This document shows, in pieces, positions 10,701 through 21,512 of a DNA stretch of 64,000 bases. The stretch's first letter is position 1. Every line of letters starts with the position of its first letter. The stretch covers positions 2,480,001-2,544,000 of the forward strand of contig OX337238.1 of the NCBI GenBank assembly GCA_946965045.2, written 5' to 3'. The DNA is from Epithemia pelagica (Eukaryota; Protista; Bacillariophyta). Made by a program: the position numbers and the translations under genes. The notes under the pieces are model-generated. The model had not been told where the DNA came from. It did no database searches and was given only the letters and a program-made list of their open reading frames with translations.

Positions 10701-11967
10701 GATAGTGCGCGCATTATATGGTCTCAAAAGTTCTGCTGCAAGGTGGCGTGATCACATCGCCGCAACGCTCCGCGATATGGGATTTAAGATGTGTCAAGCT
10801 GATCCGGATGTATGGCTTCGAGCGAACACTCGACCATCTGATGGGTTCCAGTATTACGAGTATGTTTTGGTCTATATTGATGATCTGTTGATCGTTAGTC
10901 ATGATCCCAAAACCGTGATGCAGGACCTGCAGAGGCGCTATACGATCAAGCCCGACAGTATCAAACCACCAGACGAATACTTGGGATCCAAAATACGGCG
11001 TTATACCATACCCGACACGCAAGATCCGTCGAACCGTGATCGTTGGGCCATGTCCGCTGACAAGTATTGTAAGCGTGCTCTTGCCGAAGTCGAAACCGAA
11101 CTGGAGAAATCCGGAGAAAAGCTGAAGTCCAAAGTGACGACGCCGATCGCCGATGGATATCGCCCGGAATTGGATGCGACTCCTGAACTTGACGCAAGAC
11201 GTGCGAACTATTACCAAGGACTGATTGGAATTCTCCGTTGGATTGTTGAACTCGGTCGTATCGACATTACAACCGCAGTCTCCCATATGTCCCGTTTTAT
11301 GGCGAATCCACGAGAAGGACATCTCGAGCAAACGTTACACATCTTCGCGTATCTGAAGAAATACGATAAATCCTCCATTGTGTTCGATGACACAACCCCT
11401 GACTTCGACGAGTCACGTTTTACCCGACCGGATTGGTCTGAGTATTATCCTGATGCTGCCGAGCCAATTCCGCCAAACGCACCAGCACCGCGTGGAAACG
11501 CTGTCACCACGACTTGCTTTGTCGATGCTGATCATGCTGGATGTCGTGTCACACGGCGCTCTCAAACAGGAGTCCTACTGTTCTTGCAACGAGCACCGAT
11601 CATGTGGTATTCAAAACGACAAAACACTGTTGAGACGTCTACATTTGGCAGTGAGTTCGTGGCGATGAAGACTGCCATTGAAATGATTGAAGCATTCCGT
11701 TATAAGTTGCGAATGATGGGTATCCCGTTGGATGGAGAGACGAATGTGTTTTGCGACAATGAATCTGTGTTTAAAAACTCGACGCAGCCGGAATCAGTCC
11801 TAAAGAAGAAGCACAACGCAATTGCTTATCATCGGACTCGTGAAGCGCAAGCCGCTGGACTTGTGCGCATTGCATGGGAAGAAGGTGAAACGAATCTTGC
11901 CGATATCCTAACCAAACTGCTACCCGGACCTCGATTGCGATTCCTGGCCCAACGTATCATGTGGTAG
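7738..11967 (+). CDS. pol: Pol polyprotein of element 1 (PR-IN-RT-RNase H), intact, 1409 aa
   Basis: ELDSHADT protease, SDGARE/WQNAAEASIRE integrase, KARLVAGGH/YIDD RT, VDADHAG/SEFVA/CDNES/LADILTK RNase H. Confidence 0.97.
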   Translation: MPCVSAAEAVKIDKTNLIVQSNAHVGTHYSYSKRFAHRLCAMNTDEYGVETVELTCELDSHADTCAVGRDFVMLSEAHRYISVHPFAEEYNPLTNVPIATVATVWTDSENQSYLLVIHQALFLGDRMGSSLLCPNQMRAHGIVVNDVPKQFDPHSTHSIHVPDADLTIPLTMAGVISGFATRKPTSDELEHLPQVVLTADSPWQPRSTAFADAEEKLGVAAATVVRNGDPNSIAASSIPRLIKAVRTYQHAFANPSPDLDADAQGDDLYERLIATVTVHPEKEEPDVVPEDKRERRLYMIKTANESSPADPAGKGVLDAAVLSQRWGIGLPKAKNTLKVTTQAGVRNVLIPSERKVRKKAPWLKFPNVKGRWFSDEMFAKEVSLNGDTGASIFTDGKGFDHVYPWKSKKQHPEGLMSLIHNVGIPQTMVSDGARELFLGKSREICNEYRIKMEKTVPYSPWQNAAEASIRELKKGVVKIMRTTGAPRRLWSYALKWCSHVRQLTASDIPELDGRTPFEHVIGSTPDISPLAMFQFYQPVYYRMPMAQFPFEKRLIGRWLGLADDCTDDMAYEILTQEGNHVTRKDVWAIPEDDLKNPTIHQQLLDYDVAIQTQMKEPPSDGTTGSDPPPDLFDEGELLEPLFPEAEALESDAYTPEELDEYLTAEVMLPRGGESARAKIIGRTKDAHERPIGERDANPILDTRYYDVQFPDGSVESYATNMIAENLYSQVDPEGNAFNTLKAIVGHRSDETAVKRTDASFLDGTSHHTTKGWELQCELSDQSTVWLPLKDVKNGNMIEAAEYAVSTGIAKEPAFAWWVPRALRKRDRIIKKVKSRYWKRTHKYGIELPHSVEEALAIDRRTGTDFWRKAIEKEMKNVGIAFEFPADGEVPSGYKHIPCHMVFDIKSDLRRKARLVAGGHKTDPPKESTYSSVVSRDSVRIAFTIAALNGLDVLVGDVQNAYLNAPTKEKTYTTAGLEFGPDKVGQPALIVRALYGLKSSAARWRDHIAATLRDMGFKMCQADPDVWLRANTRPSDGFQYYEYVLVYIDDLLIVSHDPKTVMQDLQRRYTIKPDSIKPPDEYLGSKIRRYTIPDTQDPSNRDRWAMSADKYCKRALAEVETELEKSGEKLKSKVTTPIADGYRPELDATPELDARRANYYQGLIGILRWIVELGRIDITTAVSHMSRFMANPREGHLEQTLHIFAYLKKYDKSSIVFDDTTPDFDESRFTRPDWSEYYPDAAEPIPPNAPAPRGNAVTTTCFVDADHAGCRVTRRSQTGVLLFLQRAPIMWYSKRQNTVETSTFGSEFVAMKTAIEMIEAFRYKLRMMGIPLDGETNVFCDNESVFKNSTQPESVLKKKHNAIAYHRTREAQAAGLVRIAWEEGETNLADILTKLLPGPRLRFLAQRIMW

Positions 11968-12089
11968 CACCCCTTTTAGATCCAAAATGGGATCGCCCCC
12001 TTTTGAAGAATAGTCCGACGTACTGGACCGGCCTCTGCTGACATGACGAACTAAACGAAGTTGCCCACCCCGATTTTGTTCGCGGGGAC

Positions 12090-12329
12090 TGAATAAATAA
12101 TCACGGGCGCCCCCTTTGTAACCTACAAAAGGCCTCGCCATGCCTCGCTACGCACCGCCTGGCATCGCCCGGCCCCTAGTTATGTGTTCGCTAGTGGGTA
12201 CCGTGGTCGCTATTTGGCCCCTACGTGAGCGATTTGCCCCCAAAGGGCACCCCTAGTTTAGTCATCATAATTTCTGATAGTTTGATTGTTGCAAGCCGTA
12301 TATTGCGTCTGGCCGTCAGTTTTTATTCA
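12090..12329 (+). repeat. 3' LTR of copia element 1
   Basis: Direct repeat of 4926-5165. Confidence 0.97.
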
Positions 12330-12653
12330 CGTCGTCATCCACGTGGGGTTCGTCCGAATCCTTCAAGGTGAAGACACGTCCAAAGGCAATTTCCAATGCA
12401 AGTTCTTGTCCTTTCTCATGCTTTTCGTTTTGTATCGAGAGCACAACAGCAACGAAACAGTGGCAATGAGACAAACCAAACAGGACCATCTGAGAAATAA
12501 ACTACCACGACAAATGAGAACGAGATTCTCGCACGTACCGGCAAATTCATGGTGGTGTCGCGCCTCCTCGTGTGTGGTGGAGGTGGCTCGTTGAATCCGG
12601 GCCATTATTTATCTCCAGAGTTTCACACAAGTCGAGACCCCTTCCACCCAATA

Positions 12654-13380
12654 CTACCACCATCCGGATGGGACCCGAGACCCGAGTGGAGTGGTTTCCC
12701 TCCCAGTTCCATGGTACAATCGGTGCGGAGCCTCGTCAAGCAAAAAGAACAAGAAAAAGAGGAACAAAAGGAAGCCCCCGAAACGATTGCCGAGTGTGGT
12801 GGAACAAAAGACTCGATGGTTGTTGGATATTAGGGGCAGTGCAGCGGCACCGCAATTGTACCGGGGAATGTTCAAATGAGGTCCGGTCCAACACGTCATG
12901 GAGTGGGTATCCACCACATCGACCGACGACAAGTAGTCGATGCCATTGTAGCCACCGACCACCGCCACAAATCGATTGTGCACGGCCACAGGCGACAGGG
13001 CAGTGCCTTGCAAAAATGATTGTTTGGTGTATTGTTTTGGTTGTCATTGTTGCAGAACAAGCATGACACGGGCAACTGTTCCATCGTGTCGACATCGTGC
13101 GTGCCATTCCATCCTCCCACGCCATACAAAAAGTCCCCACAAACGACAGCGGCATGAGAAGAGCGGGGTGCCAGCAAGGAGGGCCCATACTGCCACCACA
13201 AATCCTGTTGGCGAGGAGGAATGGGTAAGACCAGTACAGAAGATGTCACATGTCCCAACTCATTCATTCCTCCCAGGACGACCAGAAACTCATCACGAAA
13301 ATGACGGATCACAACCGAGGCATGAGACCCTCACGGTCCTCCCAACAAAGGGGGAGGCCACTCCTCGGTCATCATTGTCG
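12654..13380 (-). pseudogene. Short Kelch-repeat pseudogene
   Basis: VVLGG, GVGGWNG, VVGGYNG and RYNCGAA Kelch motifs split over two frames by a deletion relative to the 47700-48484 paralogue; in-frame TGA near the 5' end. Confidence 0.85.
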
Positions 13381-13564
13381 TTGTCGTCGTTGAGGTCGCT
13401 GATTTATTCCATGCTAATGATGGTGGTGGTTCCATCAGTTACCATCTCATATCTCATGATATCATATTATAATACTCCATAGGAGATCTCGGTAATAGGA
13501 AGGAGGAAGGTATATTATGGGGTACAATATTGTATACTCGTATTGAAAATATATTGAAGGCGAA

Positions 13565-13614
13565 TTCTCGAGAATCGCGCGGGCATCTCCTACCATCACG
13601 CAAGACTCGCCACT
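13565..13614. promoter_or_regulatory. Conserved ~50-bp motif TTCTCGAGAATCGCGCGGGCATCTCCTACSATCACGCAAGACTCGCCACT, candidate bidirectional promoter
   Basis: Also at 1167-1205 (partial), 26641-26690, revcomp 39817-39866 and revcomp 47525-47574. Usually lies upstream of a family A gene and, except at 1167, is divergent from a short Kelch gene. Confidence 0.5.
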
Positions 13615-13630
13615 TTTAAGGGCTGGGTCA

Positions 13631-15260
13631 TCGATTTGACTGCACGTCTTCCAAATGCTAAGGGGCCGTATAGGGTTAAGGATTTTATCATAGATTTTCG
13701 CGGTGATTGCCCTCACATTTTCTTTCGCAATGACCATGGCAGTCTTCCAATGTTGATTGCGAGTCCCGTCGTCGAAAGCCCGTGCCGACCAGTCCCGACA
13801 AACCAATACAGCATCAAATATGCAACCAACCTACGCAGAAACAGCTTTGAATGTGTCTGGTCAAGAGAATGATGCAGCTATTCTGTATGAAGCTGCTTCT
13901 GGAGCTACTTTGGCACCATTTGTTTCACCTGATGTGGTGAGACGACAGACTCCATCGACCATGGATGATAAGATGCGATCCACTTCTCCAGAAAAATCAG
14001 AATGGCCGGGTGTATCGACAATGTTGAGAACCATGGAGAAACCGTCCAAGGTCTGGTAGGGAACTCATGTGACTTTGGATGTGATGGTAATTCCTCGCTC
14101 CTTTCCAAATCGCCCGAGTCCATGACGACGAGACAAGGCTTCGGCGGACGTTGGGTCATAACTTTGTTTGGCTGCCACCAACAATTAGTATACCATGGAT
14201 GTTTTGCCATGATCGACGTGGGCAATAGTGGCCACATTGCGAATCCCCTGACGTCGAAAGGTTTCGAAATTCATGTCCATCGGAGCTCCTTCGTCTTGGA
14301 CCGTGGCACTTGTCAAAAAGGAATGCGACGGTTGGGTCCAAATGTGCTCGTTCCAAGAATGATTGCGAGCCATTGTGATGTTGCTGGCGGTGGAGTATCC
14401 CCGTCCCGCGGTCACAGAAGGAAGCATTCCACGCTGGTTACGGGCAAAAGAAGATGACAAACGTTGTTGTTGTTGGTTATAACTGGAACCAGACCACTGT
14501 TGCCTTAGCTTTGATACTACACTTCGACGCATCATCATTGTAATGGTCGCTCTTTGTTATTTCTGATCAACAACCGCAACCAAACAAATTACGAAAGATG
14601 TGTCCAACTCCAAGTTACGTACGCCGCATGTAGGTATCCGTCGGCATTGTCGATTGTCGACCGTTGATGACATGGACGACGGCAAGCGATTGTTGCGTTT
14701 GTTGTTTGGCTTCGTTCGAAAATAGATTGAATTAGACAGAGATACTAATGCATAGTATAAACAATACATTGTAGGCTTACCTGTGCTCAACACTCTCCAA
14801 AATAGGCTTTGTTTCGTCGTTTGCTCGTTGATTGTTGTGTGCCATGGTGCCAAACAGAGCTGTTTTGGAGCAGCAAGCTATCTAAAGCTGCGCTTCCCCC
14901 TCCAAACCCACCACCCCACATCGATTCTAGTACTACTGAAGAATAACAGGAAGCAGTATCAGGGTGTGAGAAAGTGAAATAGACAAATAGCAACGGAAAT
15001 GGTGCAGCACAAGCAAAATGGTAAAAAAAACAGAGCAACGCAGATAAACAACTTCATCTCTACCACTCATTCGACTTTTCCCACGAAACTTACACAGCGT
15101 ATCTACTGTATAGTTCTTTCAACACTCACGAAGCTACGACCTCTATCCGATTCTTGATCTGATGAACGGCGGCATCAAATGCGGAGCGTCATGGTGAGGT
15201 GGTGATTTTAAAATTTATAACCTTAACCCTAGTGAAAATTAAAACGTGCAGTCAAATCGA
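13631..15260. mobile_element. Non-autonomous inverted-repeat-bounded segment carrying a captured host gene fragment (Pack-TIR-like)
   Basis: Perfect 17-bp IR TCGATTTGACTGCACGT (13631-13647/15244-15260) plus 11-bp subterminal IR TAGGGTTAAGG (13671-13681/15221-15231); no transposase inside; no clear TSD. Confidence 0.6.
13945..14538 (-). pseudogene. typA: 5' fragment of a TypA/BipA translational GTPase with a mitochondrial-type presequence
   Basis: IRNVATIAHVDHGKT (G1), MDSGDLE..ERGITITSK (G2), [26 protein letters not shown] (G3); two stops and two frameshifts; homology ends abruptly after DGVC. Confidence 0.85.
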
Positions 15261-16462
15261 AGCGGTCTCTCCGTAGTCCGTAGTGTGCGGCCGCTGCTGC
15301 CGACTCGGAGTTGAAAGAACATCCCTAACCGTAAGCCAGTAATGAAGGAAGTACTGACAGCAGCCGGAGAATGAAGGTTACGTTAAAGTTTGGAGGAGAA
15401 AATTGTCGCCATGGATGATTCCAGTGAAGGAAGGAGAGGTCTGGGTGAGGTGTTGCGTAACATGGGGTCTGAAGAGAAACCAGTGGATCCTTTTGCTGTG
15501 AAGATAATTAACAAACCTGCACCCCTCGAAAGACTGGAAAGAATTGCGGAAGCTACCGACGACCGGATGAGCCCCATGGTAGACTCTCTAGAATCCTTCA
15601 AGTGGCCTTTCGTGGAGAAGCAGCGACTCTCCTGGTCAGCCTCATGACTCTAATATCCGTATCGTTTGAATGGCCTTCAACGTTGGCATGTGTGCTACCG
15701 AAGATTCTCATGAAAACTTGAAAATTGTCTGAGAATCTGTGCGACTGATGATTCGTTCACGCGGGATTCAAGCAGAAAGCTTCTGTCATTTTTTCGACAA
15801 CACGGGCATGGTGTGTCTGAAAAATCGAGACCAAACGACAAGACTCTTGGTGTCAACAACAAGTCCACTTCTCATCCTGTCGTCGAAACGTTTAATGGTT
15901 GATTGTGATGGTCTTCAAAATTGGAGAAAGATTCCCGGTCCCTTTATAATGGGTATTTGTCCCTGTGGTATTTGCGCCTTTTGTCGGTTGCGTCTATTAT
16001 TGTTCTTGGTTCGGTGGATGATTTTCCTATCGTGGGTGCCAATTCCAAGTGATCTCGATAAGAGGGTTGGAGGGCTTCTAGCATTTGTTGCATCTTCGCG
16101 TTTATCAGTGTGGGACAACCATGTGATCCATGCCTGGACATGCTCATTTTGCCAGAAGGAATCTGAAAAGGGCCGGACAAACACTAATACTACCGATACA
16201 GTTTCAAAAGGGCTCCTGCTCGAAATCGGATCTTAAGCGTATGTGGAATCTCTGGTTTTGTACCGGGGTGGCTTTTTTCGTGGCTGGTTTTGGACTTCAT
16301 CCATCCATATGAAGAAGAATGCCATGATTGAAATCGTCGCCGTGGAGGTCCGTCCGTCGTTGATCTGCAGAATATTCTGTCCATCCGTTGATTCCTCGTT
16401 CGGTCCTGTTTTCGGGTTTCGAGGAAAAGAATCATCCATTGTTTATAAAATCTTCTAGTACC

Positions 16463-17597
16463 ATGAAGAAGACACTGCATCAGCAAGCACAGCAATCCGG
16501 AGTTTGCTTTGTGGACAGTAACGATCCGCATTGGAATACCAATGACTGGCCTCCCCTTTTGGGTGGATGGCGTGGGCACCATGCATCGGTTGTGCTCGAC
16601 CATCCCAAACATGATGACAGGGCACAGACGGTTTGTTGTTTTGGGAGGAGACAAACAAGGACAAGGCTTGACCAACTCAGTTCTGCTGATGAATTTGGCA
16701 GAAGAAAATAAGCATTGGCGGGAAGGACCGCCGTTGAACAGCAACCGCGCCAGTCATGCTTCGGTGGTTTGTAATGGTGGAGTTTATGTGATTGGAGGAT
16801 TCGATGGTTCATACTTAAATAGTATTGAACGTATCGATGTTGAAACTTTGTCTTCAGGGTCATTGACAAGCGCTACCAGTAACCAATGGACAACCTTGAC
16901 TTGTCGAATGTCTACGAGAAGATCTGGATGTTCTGCTGTTACCGTCTACAATCGTTATATTGTCGTGGTTGGTGGATTCAACGGAAACTATACGTCGTCG
17001 GCTGAGATAATTGATTCAGCTGTGCCAAGCAACCACGCTGTTTTTGCTGGGCCATCCATGACAGTTCCTCGGTCTAGTTGTGCGAGTGCTTTCATTGGTC
17101 ATCGCATCTTTGTTGCTGGAGGCTACAAAGGGAAAATTGGATCTCTCCAATCAGTGGAGTACTTGGAGATTCATGATCCTTCAGGCAATGAGACAATGAC
17201 CACAACAAGTGCAGTTTTTCCATCCTCATGCCGTTGGACACGTCATGACAAGCTTGAGCTTTCCATGTCACGCTGTTATCGTGCAGTTGTATCTGTTGGA
17301 CTATGTCTGATTGTTGCGCGAGGTTCCTTTGCCGCGGACACTGTTAATGTGTTGGATACTCGACGAAACACTTCGTGGACCTTTCCCCAATTATCAGGGC
17401 CGCGTTATCTATCCAGTGCTGTGGTTCACTCGAGGGGAATTGCTGTGATTAGTGGAGATGACAATGCTTCCTGTGCGACACTTTCTTTGGTTGACAAGAA
17501 TACGTGGTGTTTTCGTCGACTCATTGAGCAGGTGCCGAGTACAATCTTTGGATCAAGTACAGGATCACCGGGATATGCTCTGGTCTGGCAAAACTGA
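16463..17597 (+). pseudogene. Kelch-repeat beta-propeller gene with a 1-nt frameshift near 16630
   Basis: MKKTLHQQAQQSG...WPPLLGGWRGHHASVV shifts into the VVLGG... frame; repeated GG-Y/F..W..R Kelch blades; paralogous to 60378-61409. Confidence 0.85.
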
Positions 17598-17749
17598 TAC
17601 GTAGAAAGTGTCAATTGAGAAACCTAAAAACTAGGAGTAAAATGCAGTCATGAGAAAGAGTACTATAGGGTTCAAAGTGCTTGCTTTTCTTTCTGAGACA
17701 AGTGCGTTTACAAACATGCTGGGGGAAACGCACTTCACCTTGTGTTACA

Positions 17750-18420
17750 CAAACGAATGGGTGATTCGGTGCTCCACCAAATTGTAGACTATGGTGATGT
17801 GGACCATATTATTTGCTCGGTAGTGGGTAGAAGCGGCAATGAAATGTTTGCAGATTGCCTGCCAAGATGGACCAATCAGTAAGTTGTGGTCAGCAAGAAA
17901 AAGCTAAACCATTGCGATCAGAGAACGGATCACGATGACTATGGTAGACGCTTATTGGTGACCATTTTGGGTCCCTTGGCGAACACCGTACATCAGTGGG
18001 TGCGAGATGGAGAAAAAGACGCAGTTGCAGCCTCGACTTTTTTGGCGTTGAATGTCACGGCTAAATTGGCGCAAGCTTCGGAGCCTGATGTCTCACCAGA
18101 GGCCTTTAGTATGGTTGATTGTCCATCCCACTTGGGTTCATTGCATGGGTCGTCGTTGGGATTGCGTGCGATAAACAGAATGCAGAAGCGCATCAAGGCA
18201 TTTGAGGACTCTGTCGCATCTTTGGCAACAGATTTGAAAAAGGAGAGCTCGACCATAGCTTGCTTGTTGGAGGAGCTGGAGAAGGCGCGACTGTCCAAAG
18301 CATCCATGATGCAGAAAGTCAAGACGGAACAGTGGAAGGTGGATTCCTGATGCTGTTGAGTTTTGGTTTGGCTGCACTTTTGATTGTTGAAAAGTTGTTT
18401 GTTCCGCAATCTTGATCCTG
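17750..18420 (+). pseudogene. Family C gene (GDSVLHQIVDYGD...VTILGPLANTV...coiled coil), disrupted
   Basis: Paralogous to 44880-45560, 50031-50798 and 58570-59397. Confidence 0.7.
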
Positions 18421-19064
18421 TACGATCAACCGTTGCGACAGCAAAGTTGCCAAGTACGTTGTAAAGAGGACAAAATTATTGTAGTAGTGACCAGTTGTTT
18501 GACACGCTCTCCCATGGGCTCGTTTCAACGGTTGTTGTGATTCATCTGATATCCGATTCACTCATTGGAAAGCCAAACCTTAAAGGGGTCATGAGAACCG
18601 TCATGTGCTTGTCGTCCTGTATGTGGTGGTGGTGACGGGATTCGTTCGTGTCGTCGTTGTATTCGTGACGGAACACCGCGAAATTGCGTTTTGCGTTCTG
18701 GGTCGAGAATTGGATGGCAAATGGCAAACCAAAATCCCAAATCATCCAACCCACCTTGATGTGGAACCAAACTGCTAAGCTAGCTAGAATAAGATAATAG
18801 AAACTATCAAGATTACGATTGAGTGTGATCCATGTTCATTGATTTAGGGCAATGTTATTCTTTATCTACGTAGCTAATTGCTAATTGTGATCGGTGTGCA
18901 TCCTCAATCCTCAGCCCTTCGTGTGCTATGCACTGCTATGTGACACAACAAACCAATGCACTGATAGAATGAAAAAATGAGATGGAGACAAACGACACCC
19001 ACACAACATACAATAGGATTAGCTACGATGAAGCTAGCCAAATAATGAGGATAAGCTGAAAACT

Positions 19065-19340
19065 CAAAACGGCAGATTGGAGCTAAACGGCAGATCGGAG
19101 CTAAACGGCAGATCGGAGCTAAACGGAAGAAAGGCGCTAAACGGAAGAAAGGCGCTAAACGGAAGGAGCTACGAGAAAACACGTAGGATTTTGTACTAGG
19201 AGGCGTTAAACGGCAGAAAGGCGCTAAACGGCAGAAAGGCGCTAAACGGCAGATCGGAGCTAAACGGCAGATCGGAGCTAAACGGCAGATCGGAGCTAAT
19301 CGGCAGATCAGAGCTAATCGGCAGATCAGAGCTAAACGGT
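19065..19340. repeat. 18-bp minisatellite AAACGGCAGATCGGAGCT, ~14 units in two blocks
   Basis: 5 full + 1 partial units, a ~37-bp spacer, then 7 full + 1 partial units; variants with AAAGGCGCT. Confidence 0.95.
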
Positions 19341-20087
19341 AGAGCACGTAGTAAGTAGGACTGATCCATGACCATTTAATATCCCGGTTTGAATTTTTAG
19401 CTTGAGCCTTCTTAGCAATGATTCTGTCTTCTTTATGTGCTGATCCCCGAGTCGCTCACACCAACTCTATGTCTTGGGTCTTGGACAAATTTTTAAACTC
19501 TGTAGCTACTAGTTCTGCGACTCAATCTTATTCGGTTGCTAATGAATGTTCTATTTGTCTATTTGGATGCTAATTGATTGTATCTATAGAGGTCAACAGT
19601 TTAAGCTGCAGTTCTACCTGTTACGAGCCACTGCTACGAGTGTCATCTTGTCTCGACGTTGCGGACCATCAGGCGCAAAAGGCAATTTCGCGATGTTCCG
19701 ACACGTTGAAAGGCAATTTGCACAGAGTGTTCATCCTTCTATTTTTGTATAGAGAGCATATGGGAAGGAACATGTTGAAAGTTCCCCGTTGCCGCCCGGT
19801 GCATTCGGAACCTGGGGGGGAAACTCCACGTGCGTATGGACACACGTCACCATACGACACTTCCCAACTGACGCCCCTACTGCGTCAGCACATACACACC
19901 CATAGCGTAACATGACCATACTCTTATAACTTACTTACTCAATCCCCTTTTACGAAACTAGTTGGCCCTTTTAATTGGCAGTGACCACGGTTAAAACAAC
20001 ACGCTTCCTCTGCGCGATAACTGTGACCTTTCATAAGAAAAACTCACCGATTTGTGCCGTGAACTACTTTCAGGAGAGCAAGAGATC

Positions 20088-21482
20088 ATGGGAGACGCAG
20101 CTGGAGCAGACGCCCAAGCACTCGTTCAAGCCCTGAACAATGCATCCGCTGCGATCCAGAACGCAATAGCGCAAGCAGCTGCCGGACCAGGAGCACCAGC
20201 TGCAGGACCGTTCCTCCGTACTCCCTTGCGATCAGGGATTGCAAACACCCTGGACTTTGGCACGAAAGAAGGCAGGAAGTACTACGAACAGGCAACGAGA
20301 TCCTTATTCTCGACCGACGAGAAGTTTGATGTAGAGCCAGGCCGGTTCCAGCTATTCGTGAACCTACTCCATACGCGGGCTCGCGACCTCGGAATGCTCG
20401 AGAACGGAGCCAACTGCATGGTAACAGTTCCGGCACTTCCAGGCGGAGTCGCACCGCCAGCTGTCAACATGATCACGGATTATGGACGCTTGACGTTGGA
20501 GGAAATCAAGGCCTACAAAACGACATTCATCGGACAGAACACCAGGAACTCGCAGAACTCCAAGATGCTTCATGACTTAATCATGAACTCACTCTCACAA
20601 ACCGGCATTCAACATATCCAAATTTGGACGAATGATACCAAGGTGAATGGGGAAGATGCAGGAGGATGCCTCTTCAAGGTTGTGATTCGCGAGAGTTACC
20701 TAGACTCTAACGCGACTGTCACTACGTTGCAACTGAACCTAACAAACCTCGATCGTTACATCGAGACGAACGGGTCCGATATCGTCGCCTTCAACGCCTA
20801 CGTGCAGAGCCAAGTTGATGGATTGGCATCCAGAGGACACACGTCACTAGACCTAATCGTTAACTTGTTTAAAGGCTATAAAGCCGTCAAGGACGACTGT
20901 TTTCAGGATTATATCCAAAAGATTGAAGACGGCCATGAAGACGGCTCCAATGTCATCACGAGCGCAAACGAATTGATGGTTCGCGCCGTCAACTTCTACA
21001 AGAAACAAGTGACGCGCGACGAATGGGAGCAACCAACCCAGCACCAAAAGGAGGTACTGGCCCTCCAGGCCGAGGTACTCCACCTCAAAAAGCAGTCCAG
21101 CAAGAACAACGCGGACAAGGCAAAAGGAAAAGAAGGAGTCCACAAGAAAGGTACCAAAGCAAAACCAGAGAACACCAAGCAGAAACCCGAACGACCAGGA
21201 TGGCTCAAGGATCACACGAAGCCGAAACAGGAAAGCCTGACAAAGTACCGTACATGGAATGGTACCAAGTGGTACTGGTGCGATGAGGCCACAGGCGGCA
21301 AATGTGGCGGCAAGTGGAGGACCCACAAGCCAGCGGATTGTAAAGGGTACGCGAAACCAGCACCGAAAACGGACGCAAAAGAAGAAAAGAAGAAGAAAGA
21401 AGCTCTGAAGATGGCAGTGGCACATGAGACACTGATCGAGAGCATGGAGGACGAGCAGGAGGACTCTGATTATGAATCGTGA
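20088..21482 (+). CDS. gag: Gag of element 2
   Basis: CoDi gag-like ORF (GGCLFKVVIRES, DLIVNLFKGYK) ending in a WYWC...CGGKW..HKPADC Cys/His knuckle and an acidic tail. Confidence 0.9.
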   Translation: MGDAAGADAQALVQALNNASAAIQNAIAQAAAGPGAPAAGPFLRTPLRSGIANTLDFGTKEGRKYYEQATRSLFSTDEKFDVEPGRFQLFVNLLHTRARDLGMLENGANCMVTVPALPGGVAPPAVNMITDYGRLTLEEIKAYKTTFIGQNTRNSQNSKMLHDLIMNSLSQTGIQHIQIWTNDTKVNGEDAGGCLFKVVIRESYLDSNATVTTLQLNLTNLDRYIETNGSDIVAFNAYVQSQVDGLASRGHTSLDLIVNLFKGYKAVKDDCFQDYIQKIEDGHEDGSNVITSANELMVRAVNFYKKQVTRDEWEQPTQHQKEVLALQAEVLHLKKQSSKNNADKAKGKEGVHKKGTKAKPENTKQKPERPGWLKDHTKPKQESLTKYRTWNGTKWYWCDEATGGKCGGKWRTHKPADCKGYAKPAPKTDAKEEKKKKEALKMAVAHETLIESMEDEQEDSDYES

Positions 21483-21512
21483 CTCCTATGGAGAGGGTGG
21501 AAATCAGTAACA

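Larger units (their letters stand above)
4926..12329 (+). mobile_element. Ty1/copia LTR retrotransposon 1 (CoDi-type), full length, very young
   Basis: 240-bp LTRs differ at 1 position and have TGAATAAA...TTTATTCA termini; CGTC flanks both sides; short purine tract GCGGGGAC before the 3' LTR; gag then PR-IN-RT-RH. Confidence 0.97.
4020..13620 (-). repeat. Segmental duplicate, inverted paralogue of ~47520-49990, split by copia element 1
   Basis: 13330-13460 is near-identical to revcomp 47620-47760; 4020-4330 resembles revcomp 49640-49980; the element flanks match 49020-49150. Confidence 0.8.

Noticed and set aside
6331-11668. Long antisense and alternate-frame ORFs over gag/pol (also 21470-24374 and 36187-37053)
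   Set aside because: Shadow ORFs of the coding strand with no independent motifs.
13671-15231. Telomeric TTAGGG-like sequence
   Set aside because: Only a single TAGGGTTAAGG/CCTTAACCCTA pair, better explained as a subterminal inverted repeat.
15390-16440. Several short ORFs between the IR segment and the Kelch gene
   Set aside because: No recognisable domain and no paralogue in the window.
18904-19347. 147-aa RLAPIC-repeat protein
   Set aside because: The ORF is a by-product of an 18-bp minisatellite open in several frames; there is no evidence of a real gene.
20002-20025. tRNA gene
   Set aside because: Only a 14-nt tRNA-complementary PBS; no cloverleaf. No tRNA or rRNA gene was seen anywhere in the window.
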